From Eledone cirrhosa (lineage: Eukaryota): a stretch of DNA of 64,000 bases. Position numbers and translations under genes: made by a program. A model generated the notes under the pieces. It saw nothing but the letters and a program-made list of their open reading frames with translations. It made no database searches and was not told the DNA's origin. Positions 13,661-28,600 of the stretch are shown here, one piece after another. The stretch covers positions 22,878,001 to 22,942,000 of the forward strand of contig OZ024740.1 in NCBI GenBank assembly GCA_964016885.1. The letters are read 5' to 3'. The number at the start of each line of letters is the position of its first letter. Position 1 is the stretch's first letter.

Positions 13661-16600
13661 GACGGTATGTGAACCAGTAGTAAGTAGAATCAGTGATGGT
13701 ATATGAACCAGTAGTAAGTAGATTCAGTGATGATATATGAATCAGTGGTAAGTAGATTCAGTGATGGTATATGAACCAGTAGTAAGTAGATTCAGTGATG
13801 TTATATAAACCAGTGGTAAGTAGATTCAATGATGGTATATGAACCAGTGTTAAATAGATTCAGTGATGGTATATGAACCAGTGGTAAGTAGATTCAGTGA
13901 TGGTATATGAACCAGTAGTAAGTAGATTCAGTGAAGGTATATAAACCAGTGGTAAGTAGATTCAGTGATGGTATATGAACCAGTGGTAAGTAGATTCAGT
14001 GATGGTATATGAACCAGTGGTAAGTAGATTCAGTGATGGTATATGAACCAGTGGTTAATAGATTCAGTGATGTTATATTAACCAGTGCTAAGTAGATTCA
14101 GTGATGGTATATGAATTAGTGGTAAGTAGATTCAGTGATGGTATATTAACCAGTGGTAAGTAGATTCAGTGATGGTATATGAACCCGTTGTAAGTAGATT
14201 CAGTGATGATAAATAAACCAGTGGTAAGTAGATTTAGTGATGGTATATTAACCAGTGTTAAGTAGATCCAGCGATAGTATATGAACCAGTGGTAAATAGA
14301 TTCAGTGATGGTATATGAACCAGTGCTAAGTAGATTCAGTGAAGGTATATTAACCAGTGGTAAGTAGATTCAGTGATGGTATATTAACCAGTGGTAAGTA
14401 GATTCAGTGACGGTATATAAACCAGTGTTAAGTAGATTAAGTGATGGTATATAAACCAGTAGTAACTAGATCCAGTGATGGTATATGAACCAGTAGTAAG
14501 TAGATCAAGTGATGGTATATGAACCAGTAGTAAGTAGATTCAGTGATGGTATATGAACCAGTAGTAACTAGATTCAGTGATGGTATATGAACCAGTAGTA
14601 AGTAGATTCAGTGATGGTATATAAACCAGTGGTAAATAGATTCAGTGATGGTATATACACCAGTGGTAAGTAGATTAAATGATGGTATATAAACCAGTGG
14701 TAAGTAGATTCAGTGATGGTATATAAACCAGTAGTAAGTAGATTCAGTGCTGGTATATGGACCAGTGGTAAGTAGATTCAGTGATGGTATATATACCAGT
14801 GGTAAGTAGATTCAGTGATGGTATATGAACCAGTGGTAAGAAGATTCAGTGATGGTATATGAACCAGTGGTAAGTAGATTCAGTGATGGTATATGAACCA
14901 GTAGTAAGTAGATTCAGTGATGGTATATGAATCAGTGGTAAGTAGATTCAGTGATGGTATATGAACCAGTACTAAGTAGATTCAGTGATGGTATATGAAC
15001 CAGTGGTAAGTAGATTCAGTGATGGTATATGAACCAGTGGTAAGTAAATTTAGTGATGGTATATGAACCAGTAGTAAGTAGATTCAGTGATGTATATGAA
15101 CCAGTGGTAAGTAGATTCAGTGATGGTATATAAACCAGTGGTAAGTAGATTCAGTGATGGTATATGAACAAGTAGTAAGTAGATTCAATGATGGTATATA
15201 AACCAGTGGTAAGTAGATTCAGTGATGGTATATGAATCAGTGGTAAGTAGATTCAGTAATGGTATATGAACCAGTGGTAAGTAGATTCAGTGATGGTATA
15301 TAAACCAGTAGTAACTAGATCCAGTGATGTTATATGAACCAGTAGTAAGTAGATCCAGTGATGGTATATGAACAAGTAGTAAGGAGATTCAGTGATGGTA
15401 TATGAACCAGTAGTAACTAGATTCAGTGATGGTATATGAACCAGTGGTAAGTAAATTCAGTGATGGTATATGAACCAGTAGTAAGTAGATTCAGTGTTGG
15501 TATATAAACCAGTGGTAAATATATTCAGTGATGTTATATAAACCAGTGGTAAGTAGATTAAATGATGGTATATAAACCAGTGGTAAGTAGATTCAGTGAT
15601 GGTATATGAATCAGTGGTAAGTAGATTCAGTGATGGTATATGAACCACTGGTAAATAGATTCAGTGATGGTATATGAACCAGTGGTAAGTAGATTCAGTG
15701 ATGGTATATGAACCAGTGGTAAGTAGATTCAGTGATGGTATATGAACCAGTAGTAAGTAGATTCAGTGATGGTATATGAACCAGTGGTAAGTAGATTCAG
15801 TGATGGTTTATAAACCAGTGGTAAGTAGATTCAGTGATGGTATACGAACCAGTAGTAAGTAGATTCAGTGATGGTATATGAACCAGTAGTAAGTAGATTC
15901 AGTGATGGTATATGAACCAGCAATAAGTAGATTCAGTGATGGTATATAAACCAGTGGTAAGTAGATTCAGTGATGGTATATAAACTAGTAGTAAGTAGAT
16001 TCAGTGATGGTATATGAACCAGTGGTAAGTAGATTCAGTGATGGTATATAAACCAGTGGTAAGTAGATTCAGTGATGGTATATGAACCATTGGTAAGCAG
16101 ATTCAGTGATGGTATATGAACCAGTGTAAGTAGATTCAGTGATGGTATATGAACCAGTAGTAAGTAGATTCAGTGATGGTATATGAATCAGTGGTAAGTA
16201 GATTCAGTGATGGTATATGAACCAGTAGTAAGTAGAGTCAGTGATGGTATATGAACCAGTGGTAAGTAGATTCAGTGATGGTATATAAACCAGTGGTAAG
16301 TAGATTCAGTGATGGTATATGAACCAGTGCTAAATAGATTCAGTGATGATATATGAATCAGTGGTAAGTAGATTCAGTGATGGTATATGAACCAGTAGTA
16401 AGTAGATTCAGTGATGGTATATGAACCAGTGGTAAGTAGATTCAGTGATGGTATATAAACCAGTGGTAAGTAGATTCAGTGATGGTATATGAATCAGTGG
16501 TAAGTAGATTCAGTGATGGTATATAAGCCAGTGGTAAGTGGATTCAGTGATGGTATATGAAGTAGTGGTAAGTAGATTCAGTGATGGTATATAAACCAGT

Positions 16601-19600
16601 GGTAAGTAGATTCAGTGATGGTATATGAACCAGTGGTATGTAGATTCAGTGATGGTATATAAACCAGTGGTAAGTAGATTCAGTGATGGTATATGAACCA
16701 GTGATAAGCAGATTCAGTGATGGTATATGAATCAGTGGTAAGTAGATTCAGTGATGGTATATGAACCAGTCGTAAGTAGATTCAGTGATGGTATATGTAC
16801 AAGTAGTAAGTAGATTCAGTGATGGTATATGAACCAGTGGTAGGTAGATTCAGTGATGGTATATAAACCGGTGGTAAGTAGATTCAGTGATGGTATATGA
16901 ACCAGTGGTAAATAGATTCAGTGATGATATATGAATCAGTGGTAAGTAGATTCAGTGATGGTATATAAACCAGTGGTAAATAGATTCAGTGATGGTATAT
17001 AAACCAGTAGTAAGTAGATTCAGTGATGGTATATGAACCAGTAGTAAGTAGATTCAGTGATGGTATATGAACCAGTGGTAAGTAGATTCAGTGATGGTAT
17101 ATAAACCAGTGGAAAGTAGATTCAGTGATGGTATATGAACAAGTAGTAAGTAGATTCAGTGATGGTATATAAACCAGTGGTAAGTAGATTCAGTGATGGT
17201 ATATGAATGAATGGTAAATATATTCAGTTATGGTATATGAACCAGTGGTAAGTAGATTCAGTGATGGTATATGAATCAGTGGTAAGTAGATTCAGTAATG
17301 GTATATGAACCAGTGGTAAGTTGATTCAGTGATGGTATATAAACCAGTGGAAAGTAGATTCAGTGATGGTATATGAACCAGTGGTAAGTAGATTCAGTGA
17401 TGGTATATGAACCAGTGGTAAGTAGATTCAGTGATGGTATATGGACCAGTGGAAAGTAGATTTAGTGATGGTATATGAACCAGTGGTAAGTAGATTCAGT
17501 GATGGTATATAGACCACTAGTAAGTAGATTCGGTGATGGTACATAAACCAGTGGTAAGTAGATTCAGTGATGGTATATGAACCAGTGGAAAGTAGATTCA
17601 GTGATAGTATATGAACCAGTGGTAAGTGGATTCAGTGATGGTATATGAACCAGTGGTAAGTAGATTCAGTGATGGTATATAAACCATTGGTAAGTAGATT
17701 TAGTGATGGTATATAAATCAGTAGTAAGTAGATTCAGTGATGGTATATGAACCAGTGGAAAGTAGATTCAGTGATAGTATATGAACCAGTGGTAAGTGGA
17801 TTCAGTGATGGTATATGAACCAGTGGTAAGTAGATTCAGTGATTGTATATGAACCAGTGGTAAGTAGGTTCAGTGATAGTATATGAACCAGTGGTAAGTA
17901 GATTCAGTGATGGTATATGAACCAGTGGTAAGTAGATTCAGTGATGGTATATGAATCAGTGGTAAGTAGATTCAGTGATGGTATATAAAACAGTGGTAAG
18001 TAGATTCAGTGATGGTATATGAACCAGTGGTAAGTAGATTCAGTGATAGTATATGAACCAGTGGTAAGTAGATTCAGTGATGGTATATGAACCAGTGGTA
18101 AGTAGATTCAGTGATGGTATATGAACCAGTGGTAAGTAGATTCAGTGATGGTATATGAACCAGTGGTAAGTAGATTCAGTGATGGTATGTGAACCAGTAG
18201 TAAGTAGAATCAGTGATGGTATATGAACCAGTAGTAAGTAGATTCAGTGATGATATATGAATCAGTGGTAAGTAGATTCAGTGATGGTATATGAACCAGT
18301 AGTAAGTAGATTCAGTGATGTTATATAAACCAGTGGTAAGTAGATTCAGTGATGGTATATGAACCAGTGGTAAATAGATTCAGTGATGGTATTTGAACCA
18401 GTGGAAAGTAGATTCAGTGATGGTATATGAACCAGTAGTAAGTAGATTCAGTGAAGGTATATAAACCAGTGGTAAGTAGTTTCAGTGATGGTATATGAAC
18501 CAGTGGTAAGTAGATTCAGTGATGGTATATGAACCAGTGGTAAGTAGATTCAGTGATGGTATATGAACCAGTGGTTAATAGATTCAGTGATGTTATATTA
18601 ACCAGTGGTAAGTAGATTCAGTGATGGTATATGAACCAGTAGTAAGTAGATTCAGTGATGGTATATGAACCAGTGGTAAGTAGATTCAGTGATGGTATAT
18701 AAACCAGTGGTAAGTAGATTCAGTGATGGTATATGAACAAGTAGTAAGTAGATTCAGTGATGGTATATAAACCAGTGGTAAGTAGATTCAGTGATGGTAT
18801 ATGAACCAGTGGTAAGTTGATTCAGTGATGGTATATAAACCAGTGGAAAGTAGATTCAGTAATGGTATATAAACCAGTGGTAAGCAGATTCAGTGATGGT
18901 ATATGAACCAGTGGTAAGTAGATTCAGTGATGGTATATAAACCAGTAGTAAGTAGATTCAGTGATGGTATATAAACCAGTGGTAAGTAGATTCAGTGATG
19001 GTATATAAACCAGTGGTAAGTAGATTCAGCGATGGTATATGAATGAGTGGTAAATAAATTCAGTTATGGTATATAAACCAGTGGTAAGTAGATTCAGTGA
19101 TGGTATATGAACCAGTGGTAAGTAGATTCAGTGATGGTATATAAAACAGTGGTAAGTAGATTCAGTGAAGGTATATAAACCAGTGGTAAATAGATTCAGT
19201 GATGGTATATAAACCAGTGGTAAGTAGATTCAGTGATGGTATATGAATCAGTGGTAAGTAGATTCAGTAATGGTATATGAACCAGTGGTAAGTAGATTCA
19301 GTGATGGTATATAAACCAGTGGAAAGTAGATTCAGTGATGGTATATGAACAAGTAGTAAGTAGATTCAGTGATGGTATATAAACCAGTGGTAAGTAGATT
19401 CAGTGATGGTATATGAATGAGTGGTAAATATATTCAGTTATGGTATATAAACCAGTGGTAAGTAGATTCAGTGATGGCATATGAACCAGTAGTAAGTAGA
19501 TTCAGTTATGGTATATAAAACAGTGGTAAGTAGATTCAGTGATAGTATATAAACCAGTGGTAAGTAGATTCAGTGATGGCATATGAACCAGTGGTAAGTA

Positions 19601-22600
19601 GATTCAGTGATGGTATATGAATCAGTGGTAAGTAGATTCAGTAATGGTATATGAACCAGTGGTAAGTTGATTCAGTGATGGTATATAAACCAGTGGAAAG
19701 TAGATTCAGTGATGGTATATGAACCAGTGGTAAGTAGATTCAGTGATGGTATATGAACCAGTGGTAAGTAGATTCAGTGATGGTATATGGACCAGTGGAA
19801 AGTAGATTCAGTGATGGTATATGAATCAGTGGTAAGTAGATTCAGTGATGGTATATAGACCACTAGTAAGTAGATTCGGTGATGGTATATAAACCAGTGG
19901 TAAGTAGATTCAGTGATGGTATATGAACCAGTGGAAAGTAGATTCAGTGATAGTATATGAACCAGTGGTAAGTGGATTCAGTGATGGTATATGAACCAGT
20001 GGTAAGTAGATTCAGTGATGGTATATAAACCATTGGTAAGTAGATTTAGTGATGGTATATAAACCAGTAGTAAGTAGATTCAGTGATGGTATATGAACCA
20101 GTGGAAAGTAGATTCAGTGATAGTATATGAACCAGTGGTAAGTGGATTCAGTGATGGTATATGAACCAGTGGTAAGTAGATTCAGTGATGGTATATGAAC
20201 CAGTGGTAAGTAGATTCAGTGATAGTATATGAACCAGTGGTAAGTAGATTCAGTGATGGTATATGAACCAGTGGTAAGTAGATTCAGTGATGGTATATGA
20301 ACCAGTGGTAAGTAGATTCAGTGATGGTATATGAACCAGTGGTAAGTAGATTCAGTGACGGTATGTGAACCAGTAGTAAGTAGAATCAGTGATGGTATAT
20401 GAACCAGTAGTAAGTAGATTCAGTGATGATATATGAATCAGTGGTAAGTAGATTCAGTGATGGTATATGAACCAGTAGTAAGTAGATTCAGTGATGTTAT
20501 ATAAACCAGTGGTAAGTAGATTCAGTGATGGTATATGAACCAGTGTTAAATAGATTCAGTGATGGTATATGAACCAGTGGTAAGTAGATTCAGTGATGGT
20601 ATATGAACCAGTAGTAAGTAGATTCAGTGAAGGTATATAAACCAGTGGTAAGTAGATTCAGTGATGGTATATGAACCAGTGGTAAGTAGATTCATTGATG
20701 GTATATGAACCAGTGGTAAGTAGATTCAGTGATGGTATATGAACCAGTGGTTAATAGATTCAGTGATGTTATATTAACCAGTGCTAAGTAGATTCAGTGA
20801 TGGTATATGAATTAGTGGTAAGTAGATTCAGTGATGGTATATTAACCAGTGGTAAGTAGATTCAGTGATGGTATATGAACCCGTTGTAAGTAGATTCAGT
20901 GATGATAAATAAACCAGTGGTAAGTAGATTTAGTGATGGTATATTAACCAGTGTTAAGTAGATCCAGCGATAGTATATGAACCAGTGGTAAATAGATTCA
21001 GTGATGGTATATGAACCAGTGCTAAGTAGATTCAGTGAAGGTATATTAACCAGTGGTAAGTAGATTCAGTGATGGTATATTAACCAGTGGTAAGTAGATT
21101 CAGTGACGGTATATAAACCAGTGTTAAGTAGATTAAGTGATGGTATATAAACCAGTAGTAACTAGATCCAGTGATGGTATATGAACCAGTAGTAAGTAGA
21201 TCAAGTGATGGTATATGAACCAGTAGTAAGTAGATTCAGTGATGGTATATGAACCAGTAGTAACTAGATTCAGTGATGGTATATGAACCAGTAGTAAGTA
21301 GATTCAGTGATGGTATATAAACCAGTGGTAAATAGATTCAGTGATGGTATATACACCAGTGGTAAGTAGATTAAATGATGGTATATAAACCAGTGGTAAG
21401 TAGATTCAGTGATGGTATATAAACCAGTAGTAAGTAGATTCAGTGATGGTATATGGACCAGTGGTAAGTAGATTCAGTGATGGTATATATACCAGTGGTA
21501 AGTAGATTCAGTGATGGTATATGAACCAGTGGTAAGAAGATTCAGTGATGGTATATGAACCAGTGGTAAGTAGATTCAGTGATGGTATATGAACCAGTAG
21601 TAAGTAGATTCAGTGATGGTATATGAATCAGTGGTAAGTAGATTCAGTGATGGTATATGAACCAGTACTAAGTAGATTCAGTGATGGTATATGAACCAGT
21701 GGTAAGTAGATTCAGTGATGGTATATGAACCAGTGGTAAGTAAATTTAGTGATGGTATATGAACCAGTAGTAAGTAGATTCAGTGATGTATATGAACCAG
21801 TGGTAAGTAGATTCAGTGATGGTATATAAACCAGTGGTAAGTAGATTCAGTGATGGTATATGAACAAGTAGTAAGTAGATTCAATGATGGTATATAAACC
21901 AGTGGTAAGTAGATTCAGTGATGGTATATGAATCAGTGGTAAGTAGATTCAGTAATGGTATATGAACCAGTGGTAAGTAGATTCAGTGATGGTATATAAA
22001 CCAGTAGTAACTAGATCCAGTGATGTTATATGAACCAGTAGTAAGTAGATCCAATGATGGTATATGAACAAGTAGTAAGGAGATTCAGTGATGGTATATG
22101 AACCAGTAGTAACTAGATTCAGTGATGGTATATGAACCAGTGGTAAGTAAATTCAGTGATGGTATATGAACCAGTAGTAAGTAGATTCAGTGTTGGTATA
22201 TAAACCAGTGGTAAATATATTCAGTGATGTTATATAAACCAGTGGTAAGTAGATTAAATGATGGTATATAAACCAGTGGTAAGTAGATTCAGTGATGGTA
22301 TATGAATCAGTGGTAAGTAGATTCAGTGATGGTATATGAACCACTGGTAAATAGATTCAGTGATGGTATATGAACCAGTGGTAAGTAGATTCAGTGATGG
22401 TATATGAACCAGTGGTAAGTAGATTCAGTGATGGTATATGAACCAGTAGTAAGTAGATTCAGTGATGGTATATGAACCAGTGGTAAGTAGATTCAGTGAT
22501 GGTTTATAAACCAGTGGTAAGTAGATTCAGTGATGGTATACGAACCAGTAGTAAGTAGATTCAGTGATGGTATATGAACCAGTAGTAAGTAGATTCAGTG

Positions 22601-25600
22601 ATGGTATATGAACCAGCAATAAGTAGATTCAGTGATGGTATATAAACCAGTGGTAAGTAGATTCAGTGATGGTATATAAACTAGTAGTAAGTAGATTCAG
22701 TGATGGTATATGAACCAGTGGTAAGTAGATTCAGTGATGGTATATAAACCAGTGGTAAGTAGATTCAGTGATGGTATATGAACCATTGGTAAGCAGATTC
22801 AGTGATGGTATATGAACCAGTGTAAGTAGATTCAGTGATGGTATATGAACCAGTAGTAAGTAGATTCAGTGATGGTATATGAATCAGTGGTAAGTAGATT
22901 CAGTGATGGTATATGAACCAGTAGTAAGTAGATTCAGTGATGGTATATGAACCAGTGGTAAGTAGATTCAGTGATGGTATATAAACCAGTGGTAAGTAGA
23001 TTCAGTGATGGTATATGAACCAGTGCTAAATAGATTCAGTGATGATATATGAATCAGTGGTAAGTAGATTCAGTGATGGTATATGAACCAGTAGTAAGTA
23101 GATTCAGTGATGGTATATGAACCAGTGGTAAGTAGATTCAGTGATGGTATATAAACCAGTGGCAAGTAGATTCAGTGATGGTATATGAACAAGTAGTAAG
23201 TAGATTCAGTGATGGTATATAAACCAGTGGTAAGTAGATTCAGTGATGGTATATGAATGAGTGGTAAATATATTCAGTTATGGTATATGAACCAGTGGTA
23301 AGTAGATTCAGTGATGGCATATGAACCATTGGTAAGTAGATTCAGTGATGGTATATAAACCAGTGGTAAGTAGATTCTGCGATGGCATATGAACCAGTGG
23401 TAAATAGATTCAGTGATGGTATATAAACCAGTGGTAAGTAGATTCAGTGATGGTATATAAATCAGTGGTAAGTGGATTCAGTAATGGTATATGAACCAGT
23501 GGTAAGTTGATTCAGTGATGGAATATAAACCAGTGGTAAGCAGATTCAGTGATGGTATATGAACCAGTGGTAAGTAGATTCAGTGATGGTATATGAACCA
23601 GTGGTAAGTAGATTCAGTGATGGTATATGAACCAGTGGTAAGTAGATTCAGTGAAGGTATATAGACCACTAGTAAGTAGATTCGTTGATGGTATATAACC
23701 AGTGGTAAGTAGATTTAGTGATGGTATATAAACCAGTAGTAAGTAGATTCAGTGATGGTATATGAACCAGTGGTAAGTAAATTGAGTGATGGTATATGAA
23801 CCAGTGGAATGTAGATTCAGTGATGGTATATAAACCAGTGGTAAGTAGATTCAGTGATGGCATATGAACCAGTGGAATGTAGATTCAGTGATGGTATATG
23901 AACCAGTGGTAAGTATATTCAGTGATGGTATATGAACCAGTGGTAAATAGATTCAGTGATGGTATATGAACCAGTGGTATGTAGATTCAGTGGTGGTACA
24001 TAAATCAGTGTTAAGTAGATTCAGTGATGGTAAATGAACCAGTGGTAAGTATATTCAGTGATGGTATATGAACCAGTGGTAAGTAGATTCAGTGATGGTA
24101 TATGAACCAGTGGTAAGTAGATTCAGTGATGGTATATGAACCAGTGGTAAGTAGATTCAGTGATGGTATATTAACCAGTAGTAACTAGATTCAGTGATGG
24201 TATATGAACCAGTGGTAAGTAGATTCAGTGAAGGTATATAAACCAGTGGTAAATAGATTCAGTGAAGGTATATAAACCAGTGGTCAGTTGATTCAGTGAT
24301 GGTATATAAACCAGTGGAAAGTAGATTCAGTAATGGTATATAAAGCAGTGGTAAGCAGATTCAGTGATGGTATATGAACCAGTGGTAAGTAGATTCAGTG
24401 ATGGTATATGAACCAGTGGTAAGTAGATTCAGTGATGGTATATGAACAAGTAGTAAGTAGATTCAGTGATGGTATATAAACCAGTGGTAAGTAGATTCAG
24501 TGATGGTATATAAACCAGTGGTAAGTAGATTCAGTGATGGTATATGAATGAGTGGTAAATATATTCAGTTATGGTATATAAACCAGTGGTAAGTAGATTC
24601 AGTGATGGCATATGAACCAGTGGTAAGTAGATTCAGTGATGGTATATAAAACAGTGGTAAGTAGATTCAGTGAAGGTATATAAACCAGTGGTAAATAGAT
24701 TCAGTGATGGTATATAAACCAGTGGTAAGTAGATTCAGTGATGGTATATGAATCAGTGGTAAGTAGATTCAGTAATTGTATATGAACCAGTGGTAAGTTG
24801 ATTCAGTGATGGTATATAAACCAGTGGAAAGTAGATTCAGTAATGGTATATAAACCAGTGGTAAGCAGATTCAGTGATGGTATATGAACCAGTGGTAAGT
24901 AGATTCAGTGATGGTATATGAACCAGTGGTAAGTAGATTCAGTGATGGTATATAGACCACTAGTAAGTAGATTCGGTGATGGTATATAAACCAGTGGTAA
25001 GTAGATTCAGTGATGGTATATGAACCAGTGGAATGTAGATTCAGTGATGGTATATGAACCAGTGGTTAGTAGATTCAGTGATGGTATATGAACCAGTGGT
25101 AAGTAGATTCAGTGATGGTATATGAACCAGTAGTAAGTAGATTCAGTGATGGTATATGAACCAATGGTAAATAGATTCAGTGATGGTATAAAACCAGTAG
25201 TAACTAGATTCAGTGATGGTATATGAACCAGTGGTAACTATAGTCAGTGATGGTATATGAACCAGTGGTAAATAGATTCAGTGATGGTATATGAACCAGT
25301 AGTAAGTAGATTCAGTGATGGTATATGAACCAATGGTAAATAGATACAGTGATGGTATGTGAACCAGTAGTAAGTAGAATCAGTGATGGTATATGAACCA
25401 GTAGTAAGTAGAATCAGTGATGATATATGAATCAGTGGTAAGTAGATTAAGTGATGGTATATAAACCAGTAGTGAGTAGATTCAGTGATGGTATATAAAC
25501 CAGTGGTAAATAGATTCAGTGATGGTATATGAATCAGTGGTAAGTAGATTCAGTGATGGTATATGAACCAGTGGTAAGTAGATTCAGTGATGGTATATGA

Positions 25601-28600
25601 ACCAGTGGTAAGTAGATTCAGTGATGGTATATAGACCACTAGTAAGTAGATTCGGTGATGGTATATAACCAGTGGTAAGTGGATTCAGTGATGGTATATG
25701 AACCAGTGGTAAGTAGATTCAGTGATGGTATATAAACCAGTGGTAAGTAGATTCAGTGATGGTATATAAACCAGTAGTAAGTAGATTCAGTGATGGTATA
25801 TGAACCAGTGGTAAGTGGATTCAGTGATGGTATATGAACCAGTGGTAAGTATATTCAGTGATGGTATATAAAACAGTGGTAAGTAGATTCAGTGATGGTA
25901 TATGAACCAGTGGTAAGTAGATTCAGTGATGGTATATGAACCAGTGGTAAGTAGATTCAGTGATGGTATATGAACCAGTCGTAAGTAGATTCAGTGATGG
26001 TATATGAACCAGTGGTAAGTAGATTCAGTGATGGTATATGAACCAGTGGTAAGTATAGTCAGTGATGGTATATGAACCAGTGATAAATAGATTCAGTGAT
26101 GGTATGTGAACCAGTAGTAAGTAGAATCAGTGATGGTATATGAACCAGTAGTAAGTAGATTCAGTGATGATATATGAATCAGTGGTAAGTAGATTCAGTG
26201 ATGGTATATGAGCCAGTGGTAAGTAGATTCTCTGATGGTATATAAACGAGTGGTAAGTAGATTCAGTGATGGTATATGAACCAGTAGTAAGTAGATTCAG
26301 TGATGTTATATAAACCAGTGGTAAGTAGATTCAGTGATGGTATATGAACTAGTGGTAAATAGATTCAGTGATGGTATATGAACCAGTGGTAAGTAGATTC
26401 AGTGATGGTATATGAACCAGTAGTAAGTAGATTCAGTGAAGGTATATAAACCAGTGGTAAGTAGATTCAGTGATGGTATATGTACCAGTGGTAAGTAGAT
26501 TCAGTGATGGTATATGAACCAGTGGTAAGTAGATTCAGTGATGGTATATGAACCAGTGGTAAATAGATTCAGTGATGTTATATTAACCAGTGCTAAGTAG
26601 ATTCAGTGATTGTATATTAACCAGTGCTAAGTAGATTCAGTGATGGTATATGAACCCGTTGTAAGTAGATTCAGTGATGATAAATAAACCAGTGGTAAGT
26701 AGATTTAGTGATGGTATATTAACCAGTGTTAAGTAGATCCAGCGATAGTATATGAACCAGTGGTAAATAGATTCAGTGATGGTATATGAACCAGTGCTAT
26801 GTAGATTCAGTGAAGGTATATAAACCAGTGGTAAGTAGATTCAGTGATGGTATATTAACCAGTGGTAAGTAGATTCAGTGACGGTATATAAACCAGTGGT
26901 AAGTAGATTCAGTGATGGTATATAAACCAGTAGTAACTAGATCCAGTGATGGTATATGAACCAGTAGTAAGTAGATCCAGTGATGGTATATGAACCAGTA
27001 GTAAGTAGATTCAGTGATGGTATATGAACCAGTAGTAACTAGATTCAGTGATGGTATATGAACCAGTAGTAAGTAGATTCAGTGATGGTATATAAACCAG
27101 TGGTAAATAGATTCTGTGATGGTATATACACCAGTGGTAAGTAGATTAAATGATGGTATATAAAGCAGTGGTAAGTAGATTCAGTGATGGTATATAAATC
27201 AGTGGTAAGTAGATTCAGTGATGCTATATGAACCAGTGGTAAGTAGATTCAGTGATGGTATATGAACCAGTGGTAAGTAGATTCCGTGATGGTATAAGAA
27301 CCAGTGGCAAGTAGATTCAGTGATGGTATATAAACCAGTGGTAAGTAGATTCAGTCATGATATATGAACCAGTGGTAAATAGATTCAGTGATGGTATATG
27401 AACCAGTAGTAAGTAGATTCAGTGATAGTATATAAACCAGTGGTAAGTAGATTCAGTGATGGTATATGAGCCAGTAGCAAGTAGATTCAGTGATGGTATA
27501 TGAACCAGTAGTAAGTAGATTCAGTGATGGTATATGAACCAGCAATAAGTAGATTCAGTGATGGTATATAAACCAGTGGTAAGTAGATTCAGTGATGGTA
27601 TATAAACCAGTAGTAAGTAGATTCAGTGATGGTATATGGACCAGTGGTAAGTAGATTCAGTGATGGTATATAAACCAGTGGTAAGTAGATTCAGTGATGG
27701 TATATGAACCAGTGGTAAGCAGATTCAGTGATGGTATATGAACCAGTGGTAAGTAGATTCAGTGATGGTATATGAACCAGTAGTAAGTAGATTCAGTGAT
27801 GGTATATGAATCAGTGGTAAGTAGATTCAGTGATGGTATATGAACCAGTACTAAGTAGATTCAGTGATGGTATATGGACCAGTGGTAAGTAGATTCAGTG
27901 ATGGTATATGAACCAGTGGTAAGTAAATTCAGTGATGGTATATGAACCAGTAGTAAGTAGATTCAGTGATGGTATATAAACCAGTGGTAAGTAGATTCAG
28001 TGATGGTATATGAACCAGTGGTAAGTAAATTCAGTGATGGTATATGAACCAGTAGTAAGTAAATTCAGTGATGGTATATAAACCAGTGGTAAGTAGATTC
28101 AGTGATGGTATATGAACAAGTAGTAAGTAGATTCAGTGATGGTATATAAACCAGTGGTAAGTAGATTCAGTGATGGTATATGAATCAGTGGTAAGTAGAT
28201 TCAGTAATGGTATATGAACCAGTGGTAAGTAGATTCAGTGATGGTATATAAACCAGTAGTAACTAGATCCAGTGATGGTTAATGAAGCAGTAGTAAGTAG
28301 ATCCAGTGATGGTATATGAACCAGTAGTAAGGAGATTCAGTGATGTTATATGAACCAGTAGTAACTAGATTCAGTGATGGTATATAAACCAGTGGTAAAT
28401 ATATTCAGTGATGTTATATAAACCAGTGGTAAGTAGATTAAATGATGGTATATAAACCAGTGGTAAGTAGATTCAGTGATGGTATATGAATCAGTGGTAA
28501 GTAGATTCAGTGATGGTATATGAACCAGTGGTAAATAGATTCAGTGATGGTATATGAACCAGTGGTAAGTAGATTCAGTGATGGTATATGAACCAGTCGT

